Shown here: positions 1 to 13,301 of the stretch, piece by piece
How positions within the stretch are numbered: position 1 is the stretch's first letter
Layout of the letters: every line of letters starts with the position of its first letter
Assembly: GCA_028534125.1 (NCBI GenBank)
Contig: CM052817.1
Coordinates: 48,734,001 to 48,798,000 of the forward strand
DNA: 64,000 nt
Source of the DNA: Lama glama
Lineage: Eukaryota
Direction: 5' to 3'
The notes under the pieces: generated by a model
What the model was told of the DNA's origin: nothing
Databases searched by the model: none
Seen by the model: the letters and a program-made list of their open reading frames with translations, nothing else
Position numbers and translations under genes: made by a program

Positions 1-566
1 CATTTCTTTCTTTTACCACACACTCAACCCAGCAGAAGTTATAGTAGACTTAATCACCAAAATAGATCTTAAATCCACCCTCATGTTTTGCTTTAATTGC
101 TGACATTTAGTGCAAGTCACCACCATCTTTTATCTGGACCACTGCTATAGCTTCTTGAGTGGTCTCTTTACCTCAACTTTTGTCCCCCCACAATCTGTTT
201 TCTCCCCAGAACCCAGAGTCATGTCACTCCTCTGTTGACATGAGAATCATCCCAAGACTTCTGGTATACTGAGAATGGAATCCATATTCTATACCAGTGA
301 GACCCTACATGATTTGTCTTGTGTATCTCCACCTGATTGCATCACACCCATGATAAAGTTGGTGCTATACAAATATCAGTTAAATGACCCAAATCATTTT
401 CCTGTATTTTAAGTATTTGTTATCCTATGTTTCAGCCAAAACAGAAGATGCCAAGCTTCTTGGAAATAGGAATTGTATGTTGTACGTTTGAAGTCTCACT
501 TAGCTATATACACCAAATGTTATTGATCTACAAGAAAGAATAAAAGTTATTTGGGTGGATACTTAC

Positions 567-620
567 TGAGAAGCAAGCACTCAGTGCACAGATGCACAAC
601 AGCAGTGGCAGAGTTTTCAT
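567..620 (-). CDS. MUC7: MUC7 signal-peptide exon (exon 2 spans 567-636), encoding MKTLPLLLCICALSACFS; the gene continues beyond the left edge
   Basis: Minus strand reads ttttcccag|GAGCCAACAGAAAAAA ATG AAA ACT CTG...TTC TCA|gtaagt: 18 codons, phase-0 donor. Near-identical to the recalled human MUC7 N-terminus MKTLPLFVCICALSACFS. Confidence 0.95.
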
Positions 621-1539
621 TTTTTTCTGTTGGCTCCTGGGAAAAGCAGAAAAGTGGCTCACTATTTAATAATGATACTGTGGGAGAGTGATGCATTTTT
701 TTTGGTAAATGATTTATTTTTGTTAGAAAGTATAGTTTGAAAGGGGCTAATGGTTCTTGAAAATTATGTATATATTTTCACTTCATAGTGGTGCAGCAAA
801 ATTGCTTCAGGCTAAAACACATTCTTTCGGAGAGAAAGCAATGGAGGATGGTCAAGAATTATTCTTGTAACTCGTATGTAGCATGAGCATTCACCAGTGA
901 TATTAAAGATTGCCTGGGAAGGGCAGGATCTTAGGAAGTTTAGCAATAAGAGAAGGAAATAACTTTCTTCTTATTTCTATTCAGGTTCTAGAAGCCTCCC
1001 TATTTGGTAAACTATCATACAAACTACCTGATGTTTACCGAACATGATTTTGTAAATGTTCCATGATGTTTTTTTAAGCAAAGAAAGGTATTCCTTGTCT
1101 CTATGTTATAAGGCTGTTACGTAGGACAAAGAATCAAATGGACTCTTTACCAAATTTCATTCTACTGAAGATTTTACCATTTGATCCCCCTTTTCTAAAT
1201 CCTTAATGATAGGAATTATGTTTTATTCATTTTATATCATCATGCTTAACATGCAGTGCAGATTTAATCAATATTAAAAAAAAACCTGCCAAAAGACAAT
1301 TGTATTTTTGGCTACAGATTGTAGGAGGGGAGAGTAAGGGAAGGGCATGGCCCTTTATTCTTCTTATTTTGATCATGTATACAGTATATACATCTCAGCT
1401 TGACTTTAGAAAACAAAATAATGGTTAAATATTTGTGTAGATGGAGTAGTTATTAGGGCAAGTATATTAGTGTGCACACATCAGTGTGGTGTGCTATCAG
1501 ATCAGACACACTTCACAATATAGCCCGGTGGTTTATCAA

Positions 1540-1720
1540 ACCAGAGGGTATTAGAGTCAATCATTCTTGATTTAAATCCCAACTCTGCCATTTACTGTGT
1601 GACTTTGAGTGAGTTGTAATCTTACATCTCAAGATAGTCCTGAGGAGTGGCTGGAATAACATATATTACAGATTATACTGAGAACAATGTTTGGTCCATG
1701 ATAAAGGCTCAGTGGTGGTT
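1540..1720. mobile_element. MIR SINE fragment
   Basis: ttaaatcccaactctgccatttactgtgtgactttgagtgagtt core-SINE motif; boundaries approximate. Confidence 0.55.
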
Positions 1721-2028
1721 ATTATAGTGCTAGTCTACTAAGAAGAAAGCCATCTGGCCCAATTGGAGAAAGAAATTATTACTATTTTATCAGGCTCCTA
1801 ATCCTGTCAGATTTTCTTCTTTTTATTTTCAAGATTAAGAAATATTCCCCATTGATCATATTTTCTTCTAGGAACAGATAGGTTGAATCTGTTATCGCGT
1901 AGTTTATCAGTTCACAAGAACAGAGGAAAATAACTATTAGAACTGCTACTATTATTTATGTATAGAACTTGAAAACTGCTTAGCTGACATTTGAATATAT
2001 TAGCCCCCAATCTAAGATATCCATATAC

Positions 2029-2150
2029 CTGGCCTGGTGTGCCTCTTTCTTCTTAGGATGTGGGATCCAATTGATTGCCTTCAGCTGATCCTTTTAGGGT
2101 GGTATGGAAGCAAAGAAAGAGAAAACGCAAGAGAGTTTTCCAGTTTTATA
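2029..2150 (-). promoter_or_regulatory. MUC7: MUC7 TATA box (2144-2150) and non-coding exon 1 (about 2120-2029)
   Basis: Minus-strand TATAAAA, then ...cctaagaagaaagaggcacaccaggccag|gtatat donor. Resembles the recalled human MUC7 5'UTR (CCTAAGAAGAAAGA...CCAG). Confidence 0.8.
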
Positions 2151-2573
2151 TCTCTCCAGTTGAGTTTTATGGAAATAGGAAATGTATTGGATTTAGGATA
2201 AGGGTTACTTCTGACAAGGAATTTGATTTCAAAGACAAAGAAAGGATACGTGTAATTTGCTGAGGTTGACAGTAGTCCTTTGTGCATCAGTTTCTTCCTG
2301 ATAAACACGGTGACAATAAGAGGTTCTGAATGAATAGTGGATCTGATTGATAAGAAGTGTGATAATGATTGATGACACTTAAAGCTACTTTAACAACCAT
2401 GGCCCAGGTCTTCCAAGAAGGAACAAATCTTCCATCCTTTCCTGTTGGCTTCTCAAATTAAGCAGAGGGATTGCCCTCTGACAGTTCATGTGATAGAGCA
2501 CCATTTTTCCTCCATCAAGAAATACAATTTAGCAAAGGGTAGAGAATTAAAAAAAATAACACAATGCTACATA

Positions 2574-2789
2574 TAGCTGACCCTCGAACAGCTCGGGTTA
2601 GGGACACCAACCTGCACAGTTGGAAATCTGCGTATAACTTTACAGTGAGCCCTCTGTATCCTCAGTTCTGCATCCACAGATTCAACCAACCACAGATCAC
2701 GTAGTACTATAGTGTAGTATTTATTAAAAACAATCCCCCTTGTCAGTGGACCCAAGCAGTTCAAACCCATGTTGTTCAAGGGTCAGCTG
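2574..2789. mobile_element. Tigger2/MER8-type non-autonomous TcMar DNA transposon
   Basis: Terminal inverted repeats tagctgaccctcgaaca ... tgttcaagggtcagctg, flanked by TA at 2572-2573 and 2790-2791. Confidence 0.85.
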
Positions 2790-2869
2790 TACTGGTGAAA
2801 GGAAATTACTTCAGAGCTGAAAGATAAACACTGAGTTTTTTTTTAACATGAGTAATTTAAAAAAATTGT

Positions 2870-3300
2870 TTTTTTTTAATTTTGAAAAATGTTCAAACAC
2901 ACAGAAAAGTGAGAAAAGTAGTATAATGCACAACTATACATCCACTCCCTAGATTTCTTAGTGGTTAACATTTTGCTAGAGATGCTTAATCAGTTGCTTT
3001 GCTGAAATATTTTCAGGTAAATTACAGAAACCATGATAGCTAATCTATAAATATTTCAGTATTTATCTCTAAAAAGCCTTCTTTTATAACACAACACAAC
3101 AACATATAGCAACATTAATAATTCACACATATAATGTAAAACTCAGTCCACATTCAAATTCCCGAATTTTGCCAAAAGTATTTTTAATTTTTCTAACCAA
3201 GACTCAAATAAGAACCATGTATTACAAATACTTGTGTCTCTAGTTTCTTTCATTCTCCTCTCTCCCATTATATTGATCTCTTGATTGATGTAGACCAGTC
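2870..3300 (-). mobile_element. Old L1M 3' fragment
   Basis: aattttgaaaaatgttcaaacacacagaaaagt...gtataatg motif typical of ancient L1 3' ends; approximate. Confidence 0.45.
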
Positions 3301-3469
3301 ATCGTATGAATATTTATTTTTAGAAAGAAATTTAAAAATGATTTTTATCAAAGTTTTTAAAATTAGATATTTCTACTGTATGAAATCTTCAAACTGGAAT
3401 ACAACTTTGAAGCTGCAATTCCGTTTCTAGTCCGTCAATTTGTTCTTTTTCACGTTTGGTCTCTGAGGG

Positions 3470-3650
3470 CAGGTTCAGAAGTTGCATTGTTTGGTTTGAT
3501 TCCTAGCTTCTCTACTTGGTAGCAATGTAACATTTTGCAAGTTATCTAATTTCGTTAAGACTCACTTCTATCTGCAAAACAGAGATGGCATATATCTTAC
3601 AAAATTGTGAGAAAACTTTAGATAATTTAAAGAGTCTGATATGGCACTCT
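3470..3650. mobile_element. MIR fragment
   Basis: ggtttgattcctagcttctctactt...atctgcaaaacagagat core motif. Confidence 0.5.
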
Positions 3651-4989
3651 GAAACTGTATACCTTCAGCTATCAAATTGCCATCTGCGGGAAGTAGGTGC
3701 AGTTTTTGACAACACTGAGTTAGTGCATATGAATTATAATATCAATTTCTTTCCCTCTCTTTTGATAGGAGGCAGTGATACGTACTTTTGTTTGTTATTG
3801 TCAAAATTGACTGTGGGGTAGAATTTTTATTGATGTAAAACAAGTTTTCTGAGTCCATGACTTCATCAGAACAACTGTCAAATCACCTTGCGTTGATGAT
3901 TTCTAATGACCTGAAAAAGTAAATAGGACTTCCAGAAATGTCTAATTATTTCCAGTCTTGATTAATACCTGAGGTAACAGATTCAATTTTCTTTAATAAT
4001 GGAAAAGCATAAAAATAACTGAACATGTTATAATTTAATCCAGGGTCTTTCAGGTTTCATTTTTCAATAAATCATGAGTATTGTTTAGTCTTTCAGCGTT
4101 CATGCAGTGTTGGAGCCACTTGGTATTTTAGGAGCTCATGAATAGCAGCATATGTCAATTATATAAGATTTTGGAAATAACTCCAGTAAATTACTAGTCT
4201 ATAGATCTGTAAGTCTCCATTATGTCCTATTTTAAATTAGCACTGAGTGCTTTGATGTGCTATGTAACATGGTAACCTCATATTATTCTGCCCCTTGAGT
4301 TTTGCTCTTCTGAAATAGAAAAACTACAGCTGGTTTTCTGCTTCTCACTACACGCTTACTTCCACACCGAAATGCTTTGTAGTCACAGGGGAAAAAGAGC
4401 TTCTCATCTGATTCAATCAGGGCCAGATGCTGAAAAGTCCATTAAAGTAGAATTCACAGTAGAAGGCTTTTTACCAACCTTCTTTCTTCCCTGACCCTAA
4501 GCCCCATGGCCTTTTCAGGCTATTTATACCTTCTAAATCCTTTGTGAAACATAATTAGAATATGTAGAACATCTGTTATTTTAAGCAGTGGATTAAGACA
4601 GCTTTTATTGTATCAATATTATTTTAGGATTTGTTTTTGTTGTTTGAAATGTATCTTCTATTTTTACTAAAATTGACAGTTGAGTTTCTTTAGAGTTTTG
4701 AGAAGGTCTTTGCAGGATGGGGAGACTATGGAATCCACTTCCAGATTTACAGAAATAATCTGGAGTTAGGAGCAAAAGAATTTGGTAATGGCATAATGAA
4801 AGGCTGGCCTGAAAAGTAGTAGAGAGCGATGTCTCAGCTTTGGCTAGTCTTGGCAGAAACTATATAATCCAATTTACACCTATATATGCAAGAAAAAAGA
4901 AAAGAATGTTGCGTGCTTCTTTAGTTTTTGATTTACTACTACTACCTGTTTTATCTATATTATCACTCCTAATTTTGTTGTTGTTGTTT

Positions 4990-5140
4990 TTTAATACATA
5001 TTTTTATTGAAGTAGAGTCTGTTTACAATGTTGTGTCAATTTCTGGTGTGCAGCATAATGCTTCAGTCATACATGAACATACATATATTCGTTTTCATAT
5101 TCTTTTTCACCATAAGTTACTAAAAGATATTGAATAAACA
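4990..5140 (-). mobile_element. Lineage-specific L1 3' end
   Basis: T-tail followed by ttattgaagtagagtctgtttacaatgttgtgtcaatttctggtgtgcagcataatg; same family recurs near 39715 and 48690. Confidence 0.75.
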
Positions 5141-6759
5141 AGTTTATACTCCTCATGTCTTAAATGTGCCTAAATCCTTTTCATTTTCAAAATATTTTCA
5201 TATGATTCATAATTAACAATAATTTAGAACAATTATTAGACTTAAACAGAGTGCTCTGGAAATCTGAGGGGGCATTCATTTTGCTTAACAAAACAAGGCC
5301 AGTGGACTAACAATGGATAATGGTGACATTGAAATCTTCTTAATACTGCTTTCTCTAAGTCTGTTTATTAGGGGAAGGTTAGATAAATAGTTGTACCTTC
5401 CAGTAAAACGCTTCATTTGGCATTTTCCATTTCTCCCACTTAAGTTAGCTTGTCAATCTTTGTCGTGACTATACCTTTTGTATCAGCTATGTACCTTTGG
5501 CTTTAGTTTTCTAAAACCAACCCTTTTAGCCTGGAGATCTTTTTTTTTTTCTTTCTTCTTTTCTTGATTTCAAGATTTCATTTTGATTATTTCCTTCTGG
5601 TTGGTTCAGCAAAACCCAAGCTAAGTCATTCCATCGAGTAAGGCTCTTCCTCGTTGAGAGAAATAACAATTACTTTTGTTTGCCTCTGAAGTTTTAGGTA
5701 TAATTTGAAGATGGGATTTTGTACTGGAATAAGAGAAAAAGACACCAGCTAAAAAGATCTTGGGCATAAAGGACAGGGAGAGAAACATGTCATTCTGCAG
5801 GGGATAGTCGGATCTGTGGGCATTCAAAGTAAAAATGGGGGAGGTGATTCTTGGCATCTATCCATGGTTAGGTCTCCCCATAAAAGAATTGCTCAGGTTG
5901 AGTTTTCAAGTGGAGTAACAGCATTTGTATTCAATACCTTATCATTTTAATGCATATAAGTAATACAAAGAGAAGTAGTTGAGGTGGCAGTGACCTCTCT
6001 GGAGTTTTCCTGAATCCTGTAAATTTTTGTAAAAGATAGAGTCTCACTTTCTGAACACATGAAGATCAGTTGATGTCTTTAATGAAAAGGCTTTTTAAAA
6101 TGTGATATAGTCTTCTAAAATACTTGCTTGAAAACTTTTTTTTTTCTTTAAATGTCAATGTTTTTCCAGGAAAGTATAAAAAACTTAACAGAAATGTTAT
6201 GAAATACATTGAAATGTTTGTAATTTAACTTCTGTGTTTTAAAATACTAAAACAAATCTGATCCTTTGTCTAAACAATTGCTGAGAAAAGGTTGTTCTTA
6301 AATTCTGCCTGCTGTAAGAGACAGATTAGGTAAACATTACGAAGGAAGAAGAGACTCTCAATACTGCTTTCCAATGAAAACAAAACAGATATCTAATTAA
6401 AGAGATAGATAGTCACTTGGCAAGTTGCGTGGAAATAACCAGAGATCTATCATTTTTCTTTTTTTTGTGTGTATTCTAAATAAGGAAAGGAAGCAAAAGA
6501 AGAGCTGTAAATGTGGAGAAATCTTTTTTCTGATTAGCTGAGCATAATCAAAAAAGGAAAGATATTGGCAAAGGTGAAGTCAGCTTGCAATGATTTTTGA
6601 AATGGTTTCCCTGCAGTTGTAGAAAGATGGACTCTACTGTGTCTCAGGAAGGAATTTGTACTCCAAGTAAAGAGAATGAATAATAAAGTAGGTCTAATTG
6701 AGTCTATGAAAGTTGTTGAATGAAATGTGTATTTTAATTTAAGCAATTTACTACTAGAA

Positions 6760-6940
6760 CAGGGCTTGGGAAACCACAGCATGCAAGCCTAACGTGGCTT
6801 GGTTTTGTACCCAGCAAATGAAGAATGATTTTTACATTTTTAAAGGATTGTAAAACAGACAAACAAACAAACAAACAACAAATAGCTATAAATCCTGAAA
6901 TAATTACTATCTGGCTCATTACAATAAAAGTATGCTGATC
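6760..6940. mobile_element. MER58-like hAT-Charlie element
   Basis: cagggcttgggaaac...ttttacatttttaaagg...aaataattactatctggctcattacaataaaagtatgctgatc. Confidence 0.55.
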
Positions 6941-7089
6941 TTTTTTTTTAATTAGAGAAAAAATTTAAAGAAAATCTATCTCACTATTCAATGTTTGGGT
7001 TTGCCTATTTAAAAAAGTCCTTTAAAAATGAAAACAGGAATATTTTCTGGAAACATTTGTATTTCTGCAGTGATTGGTATACTATTGAG

Positions 7090-7315
7090 CTGTATATTCA
7101 ATTGTCTGGTCTCCATTCTCTGAATTACTAGTTGTATGACCTTATGTAAATTATTCAACTCTTCTGAGATTTAGTTTCCTCATTAGTAATGTATGTACAT
7201 GATTATGGGATCCAGCTCATGGGATTTTGTGAAGAATAAATGTGTTAATAAGTGCTACATGTTTAGCAGTATCTGGCACAAAGTAAATACCCAAGAAGTA
7301 TTAGCTGTTATTATC
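7090..7315. mobile_element. MIR
   Basis: gttgtatgaccttatgtaaattattcaactcttctgagatttagtttcctcattagtaa...ctggcacaaagtaaatacccaagaa. Confidence 0.65.
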
Positions 7316-8429
7316 TGTGATACTGTTAGATGCAAGCATTCCAGAATTATGGCATTAAGGAGGCAGATTTACAGTGTTATACAGGTAGAGATTTTTGTGA
7401 CATCCATGTTTCTCCCAATGGGGGAAATTCATATACAGTTTGAAACCCATTTCAGAATTTGTCTTCCCACTCAAGTTTATGGAAATTAACTCATAATATT
7501 GTCACAGGTGTACATAAACACTTCTAGCTGTCTAAAGATGTTGACACAGAGATACATATGCAAAACCATAGCACCAGGAAAAGAAAAACAAACTGTTTTC
7601 AGGTTGAAAAAAGTAAAATTACCAATATTTTATAGAGCTTGCCAAAAAACTAAGCCCCTTTAATTTATACCTGATAAAGTGAATTTTGAACCACTGCACA
7701 GGCAGGAACTGAAAAAAGCCACATCTCTCCCCAGGTTGACTTGAGACAGGTCCACTGAGGTTACAGATGCCATTTCAGAGAAACTCCTCTTTGTTCTTAT
7801 TAGGTGCAAAATCTGATGGGATCCATAAGACTAGGGAGTAAGAGTAATAGAATTGTGTGTAAGGGCTTGTGTCATTGGAGAATGTAACTGGCACCAATGT
7901 TTTAAAGGCAGAACTTTCTAAATGATAGTAACTTAAATACATTTCGTGGGCATTACCAGTGTAGTGAACTCAATTTCAGAGAACATAATTGGGAGGCGAG
8001 GCATGTCCCATTGTATCGTAGGGCATGTCTAGGCATGGTTGACTTCTGTGGCTTGATAGAGAGGTCATGAGGTGTGGGAATTTGGATCTGATACATTCAC
8101 TGAGATAGGCTTCTTGGGGATGGAGCCAGCTGCAGTTTCTTGGAAGTAGCTAAGTGTAGCATGTAGAAGATGGCATTCAAAGGGTACTGTCAACAGACAA
8201 TAGGTGTAAAACAGGTAAGCAGTTGGCACAGAGGGTTACATTCCAGTGGGGAGTGTCCTGACAGACCGTTGAGAGGCAGTAATGCAAAATCCAGAAGGGA
8301 ATAGGTGATGTTTGGAAATGGAGGCCAACAGGAAGGCAGCAGCAGAACACCAGATCTTAAATATCCAGGCTACTGAGATGGTTGAGGAGTTGGGGGTACC
8401 AAGGGCAAGTACTGTTACAAAGATCAATT

Positions 8430-9180
8430 TGCAGTGCATGTGTGGGTTTTTGCTGGATTGCCTGTTCTGTTCCGTTGATCTTTATATCTGTCTTTTACAG
8501 CAATACTACAGCATGTTGATTACTATAGCTTTATATTACCTTAAATTGGGAAGTACTCCAATTTTGTTCTTCCTTTACAAAATTGTTTTGACTGTTCTAA
8601 TTTATTTGACTTTCCATATAAATTTTAGACTCAGCTTGTCAATTTCTAAAAAAAAGTCATACTGAGATTTTGATTGGGATTGCATTTAGTCTGTAGACCA
8701 CTTTGGAGAGAACTGAATCTTAACTACACTGAGTCTTCCATCCAGTTCCTAAACGTAGTCTCTGTACCTGCTTATTTGGATCTTGTTGAATTACCCATAG
8801 CAATCTTTTATAGTTTGCTGTATAAAGCTCTTGCAAATTACTCTGTTTAATTTATTCCTAAGTATGTAGTATTTTGGCTGTTATTGTAAATAGTACTTTT
8901 AATTTCAGTTGTTCATTCCTAGTATATAGAGATACAATTTACTTGTATCCTGCAAGCTTGCTAAACTCACTTATTAATTCTAATGCCTTTTCTTTTTTTG
9001 CAGATTACTTGGGATTTCTACATAGATGATTTTTTTTTCACCTTTCCAGTTGCATTTGGTTTTTGTCTTATCACACTATGTAGAGTCTCAGTGCAGTCTT
9101 ACATAAAGGTGGTGAAAGCAGATCTCCATTCCCCCCCCCCCCCGATTTTAGGAGAAAACATTCAGGCTTTCATCATGAAG
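8430..9180 (-). mobile_element. Old L1 ORF2 fragment
   Basis: ttccatataaattttagactcagcttgtcaatttc...gagattttgattgggattgcatt, classic antisense L1 ORF2 sequence. Confidence 0.8.
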
Positions 9181-9197
9181 CATTTGTTGGAGAAAGT

Positions 9198-9500
9198 CTG
9201 AGTGAGCGTTCTAAATATGCCTACGTCTGGCCTAACTTAAGCTTTCCCCTGTCACCGTGCAAATGAGGCTGCCACCATTAGGGGATTAAAGAAACTGATT
9301 ACCATGTATGGATACCTTTGTTGAACTGACAGTGATCGGGGGTCACATTTCAAAGGTCAAAATGTACAAGGCTGGGCAAAAGAAAATGGCATTGAATGGA
9401 GGTTCCATCTCCCCCAAAACACTCAAGCAGCATGGTGGGTAGGAAGGAAAAAGTGGAATATTTAAGCAGCAGATTAAATTACTAAGGGATAAAACCACTT
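9198..9500 (+). mobile_element. ERV (ERVL-like) integrase core fragment, degenerate
   Basis: Translation from 9241: AFPCHRANEAATIRGLKKLITMYGYLC*TDSDRGSHFKGQNVQGWAKENGIEWRFHLPQNTQAA, then a frameshift to GIFKQQIK. Matches the rve DSDxGxHF and WxFHxPxxxQAA motifs. Confidence 0.8.
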
Positions 9501-10241
9501 TGGTGTCTTACATTTGAGTTACATTGTATGTGGACATATATTCTAGTCAAATATATGCCCAGAATGAGGAGTTAAAAGCATGTAAAGAAAGTATTGGAGG
9601 TGGATCTTATTGCTTATTTCAGATTTGTGGCTAGATCTAATCATTGCACCCAATTTATCATATATATCCATTAAGTGAAACTGAGGGGCTCTTAGATTCC
9701 TTTACATACAGCAAACAGAAAGAAGGAAATCATGTCAAATTTTTATTAGCTAGAGAAAGTCAAGAAGAGATTTTTCTTTGTTCTAGCTCTTTCGTCTGTG
9801 GTGGGCTTTTACTTCTGTTTGATAATGCTAATACACACTGTTCATTAAAGTGGATCTTTATTATGCTTAAATAATTATATGGGCTTTGATGTAAATTCTT
9901 TGGTTCTTCCTGCTGTTGTATATGCTGTGTGAAAGGTAAACAGTCACAGCCCTCAGAAATGAATTTATGAATATTTATCTTTGGTAAATGCTCTCGTTGA
10001 TAATTGAGCAAATGCCATGAATAAAAATTCAAAGTTACTCAGCAGATATAACAAGAGGTGATTTTTTCTTATTGTAAGTATTTATTATAATTTAAAAGAT
10101 AACCATACAGCAAACATTTTTAGTGCTCTTAATGTGATTTGACTAAATATGATCAGCTTACATAAAACTTTTCAAAAACACATTTGTAGGACAAAGAATA
10201 ATATACTCTGTATTAAAATTTCTCTTATATAATGTATTTAA

Positions 10242-11690
10242 TTTATTTTAGCATTATATGTCACCTTGTGAAGGTTACCTTTATCTACTCCATAATGATT
10301 AATGAATGACTAACGATGGGGCAATAGTGACTGTGGCAGGAGGTGAGGTGTTGAAGGTGACAGTGGAAGTAGAGATGGAAGCTGTGATGGTGAAGGGGAC
10401 AGATGTGGTTGTGGTAGAAATCAGTGTGGAAGCAGCTGTGGTAGGACCTCCAGGGGTCCTAGCAGGGGTGTTGGTGGCCACAGATGTGGTACTTGCAGAT
10501 GTAGCTGGAAGTGCTCCAGGTGTGGTGAAAGAAATTGATTTATTTGTGACCTCAGCAGCTACTGCTCTGGTTAGACATGCAGTGGTTGCAGGAGCCGATG
10601 TGCCAGTGGCAGAACTTGTAGAGACAGACTATGTAGTGCAAGAGGGAGAAGAAATTGTTGTGGCAGCAGGTGAGCTGGAGAGACCATTGGTAGTAGTTCT
10701 GAGGTGGTAGAAGGAGCTGAAGAGGTTGAGGCAGTAGGAGTGGTGTCAGTGTTGTAGTCAATAGTGGTGTTGCCAAATGTGCTGGGGCCACTGTTGTATC
10801 ATCTGTAGTGAGCAGTGTCCTGGGTACAGTGTCAGTTGTGGTGTCTTCTATGGTAGTGGGGTAAAGAGCAGTCAGATTAAGTAGTGGAAATAGGATTCAT
10901 GGTGATTTCAATGGTGGTCACAGCAGAGACTGGTAAACTGGGGGCAGGAGGTGTGATGGAAGGTGGTGAAGTGCTGGAAGACATGGAGGAATCTGACAAA
11001 GTGGTCGTGGCAGTAGGTGTTGAGGTACCAGCAGTGGAAGGAGCAGGATGGCGGCTGGAGGAGTGATAGCAGTAGCCTGGAGGAGGTGTGAAGAACAGCA
11101 GCGGTTGTGGTGGCAAGGGAGGTGCTGGTGGCTTCAGTGGATGTGATGGCGCGGATGGCTGTAGCTGTGGCTGCCTGTGTGATACTAAAAGGAGAAGACA
11201 TGCTGGCGGCAGCTTGTGTGGTGACAGAAGCAGCAGGGGAGGTAGTCTCCCTGGTCATGAGAAGCATGTTAGTGGCAGCAGAGGTGATACTTGTGGATGC
11301 TGCTGCTTCAAGTGAGGCAGATGAAGCCAACTGACTAATGACACCAGAGACAGCAGTGACAGTGACTGTGTTTGGAGTGACAGCTGTGGAGGTGGCATCT
11401 TGAATGGTGCTGGAAGGAGTGGAAGTGGTTAGGGTAGCAGGTGTGGTGGTAAGAGTGTCTGTGATGGTATAAGCAGAGGTGGTTGTAGAAAGAGCAGCTG
11501 GAACACCTGTGGTAGCAGTAGGTGTGGCTGAGGGGGCATCTTCAGAGGTGGAGGGCTGTGTGGTGGCATGTGATGTATAGGAAGCAACAGAAGTGAAGTC
11601 AGGGTGATAATCAAATGTAGTGTCATCAAATGTGCTGGAGTAAGATGTTAATGTGTCATCTAGTGACTGGGGTTTTGGCTGTTGTGTCAA
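10242..11690 (-). pseudogene. Decayed mucin-type Thr/Ala/Ser/Pro-rich terminal exon of an unnamed gene
   Basis: About 1.4 kb of PTS coding sequence that hops frames (ORFs 10908-11690, 10877-11116, 10552-10791, 10299-10481) with internal stops. Ends at TAA 10299-10301, with AATAAA at 10242-10247. Confidence 0.8.
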
Positions 11691-12039
11691 TTTAAAATTT
11701 TAAAAATGATTAAGTGTATAGAAGAGAAATAGCAATATTGAACCATTTTGAATTTTCAGAATATTCATCATTATTTAAATAGTGCTACAAACTGCATTTC
11801 AGGACTGAATATAAATATCTTAGGATTTAGTGAATTTTGTATTATTTAAGTAACAACTGCCCCCTACTATACTGTATAGTACCAAGAGTTAGATATTTCA
11901 GCGTGTTGAGAATCCATTTTACGAAGTCATGAAATGTGAGAGTTAGAAAGGATTTGAGAAATGACGATGATTTCTCACCAGTTAAATGCAATATGTCATT
12001 AAGAACACTCTCCAGCCTAAAAAACGGGTCTACCATTTA

Positions 12040-12270
12040 CTGAGTAGCTGCCATCTACTGAGCTGCTCTAAGGAATGGGCTATGTGTTATTTACATTGCT
12101 CACTGAATTCTAGCAACAACTCAAGGAAGTAGATAAAATTGTTTTCGTTTCACAGATACAAAAGTCAAGAAAAAGTTTAAGCAACTTGTTCAAGATCTCA
12201 AAGGCAATGAGTGACAAAGTGGGGTTTGAAAACAAGATTTTCTGACTCCAAAGCTCCTGTTTTTATGTTA
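12040..12270. mobile_element. MIR
   Basis: ttgttttcgtttcacagat...gcaacttgttcaagatctca...ggtttgaaaacaagattttctgactccaaagc. Confidence 0.6.
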
Positions 12271-12875
12271 TGCTGTTGTGGTAAATCTAAAAATAATGAA
12301 TTTTTCTCCAAAAATTCCACAAGAAAAGAAGAAAGCTCTTCTTTTTGGAACATCTCTTCTTTACTATGGTATTATTTTTTGTTAGTTCCATGCCCTTATT
12401 TGGGAAATTAATTAAACTGCAGAGCTAGAATAAGGCAATAAGAGGGAATCACACAGTTGCTTTAAAAAATTTACTTTTAACCATACTATAAAAAAAGATG
12501 CTGCAATTACATTTCTGAATAAAAGTAATATGAATTACAATATCCAGCCATTATATGAAGACATTCAGTTAATTTAAACTTGTGGTCAAGTGAGTAAATG
12601 TTATTTGACACAGTTTAGAAGGGAAGTCTAGAAATGCCTATTAGATAGGCCTGGCACTTTTAAATGGGGCTTGATGAATACTTTTCCTTATCCTATTTCC
12701 TACCACATATTTCGCAAAGGTATAAGAACAGCATCACTGACTGTACTTTCATTGAAATCATATCAGAAGCTCATTCTATCAGAGTGCCTGAAAAATTTTC
12801 ATTAACTGAAAAATTCAAAGTTTAAAGAACCAAGTCTGCATCTGTTTTCAAAGGCTGAAAATTATCAGTACTTAC

Positions 12876-13301
12876 CCTTGCAGCATCCTTCTTTACCGCC
12901 ATGGTTAAATTACCAGTTAAGTGGATTCTTGTCGGTTACTGTGTTTGAGCATCTTCCCAATCTGAGAGCAGGTGAAGACTAAGGACACAAGTAAGAAGAA
13001 CCAGTGCTGCAAAAATAGTTTTTTATAACCTGCGATTTTTTCCTATTTGGTTCTTTTTGGGGATAGCAAATGTGCTGGAAGAGAAGGTCATAACTAGTTT
13101 GAAGGATTCTGCTTAAACAAAAGCATAAATGGGTGTCATTTACTGTGTTTGACAGTTGTCCTTTGTCTTCCTTCTGAGGAACAGTTGTGTTACGATTCAC
13201 TGCGCCGGGTTTTTCTAAACGCCCAAGTTTTCTGGAGGTTTTGGTAACCTGTGTGCCATGGAGTCTCAAAGCACTGAGGTGTCTATACTTCTTAAGAATG
13301 T
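12876..13301 (-). pseudogene. Putative Cys-containing internal exon (426 nt, phase 1-1) of the same decayed gene, with two in-frame stops
   Basis: cattag|AC ATT CTT AAG...TGC TGC AAG G|gtaagt. One frame, DILKKYRHLSALRLHG...LCFCLSR...HICYP...YFCSTGSSYLCP*SSPALRLGRCSN...NW*FNHGGKEGCCK. Stops at 12979-12981 and 12910-12912. Confidence 0.55.

Noticed and set aside
10299..11690. Possibility that this is the MUC7 PTS exon
   Set aside because: It lies upstream of MUC7 exons 1-2 in transcription direction, has its own polyA signal, and is frameshifted.
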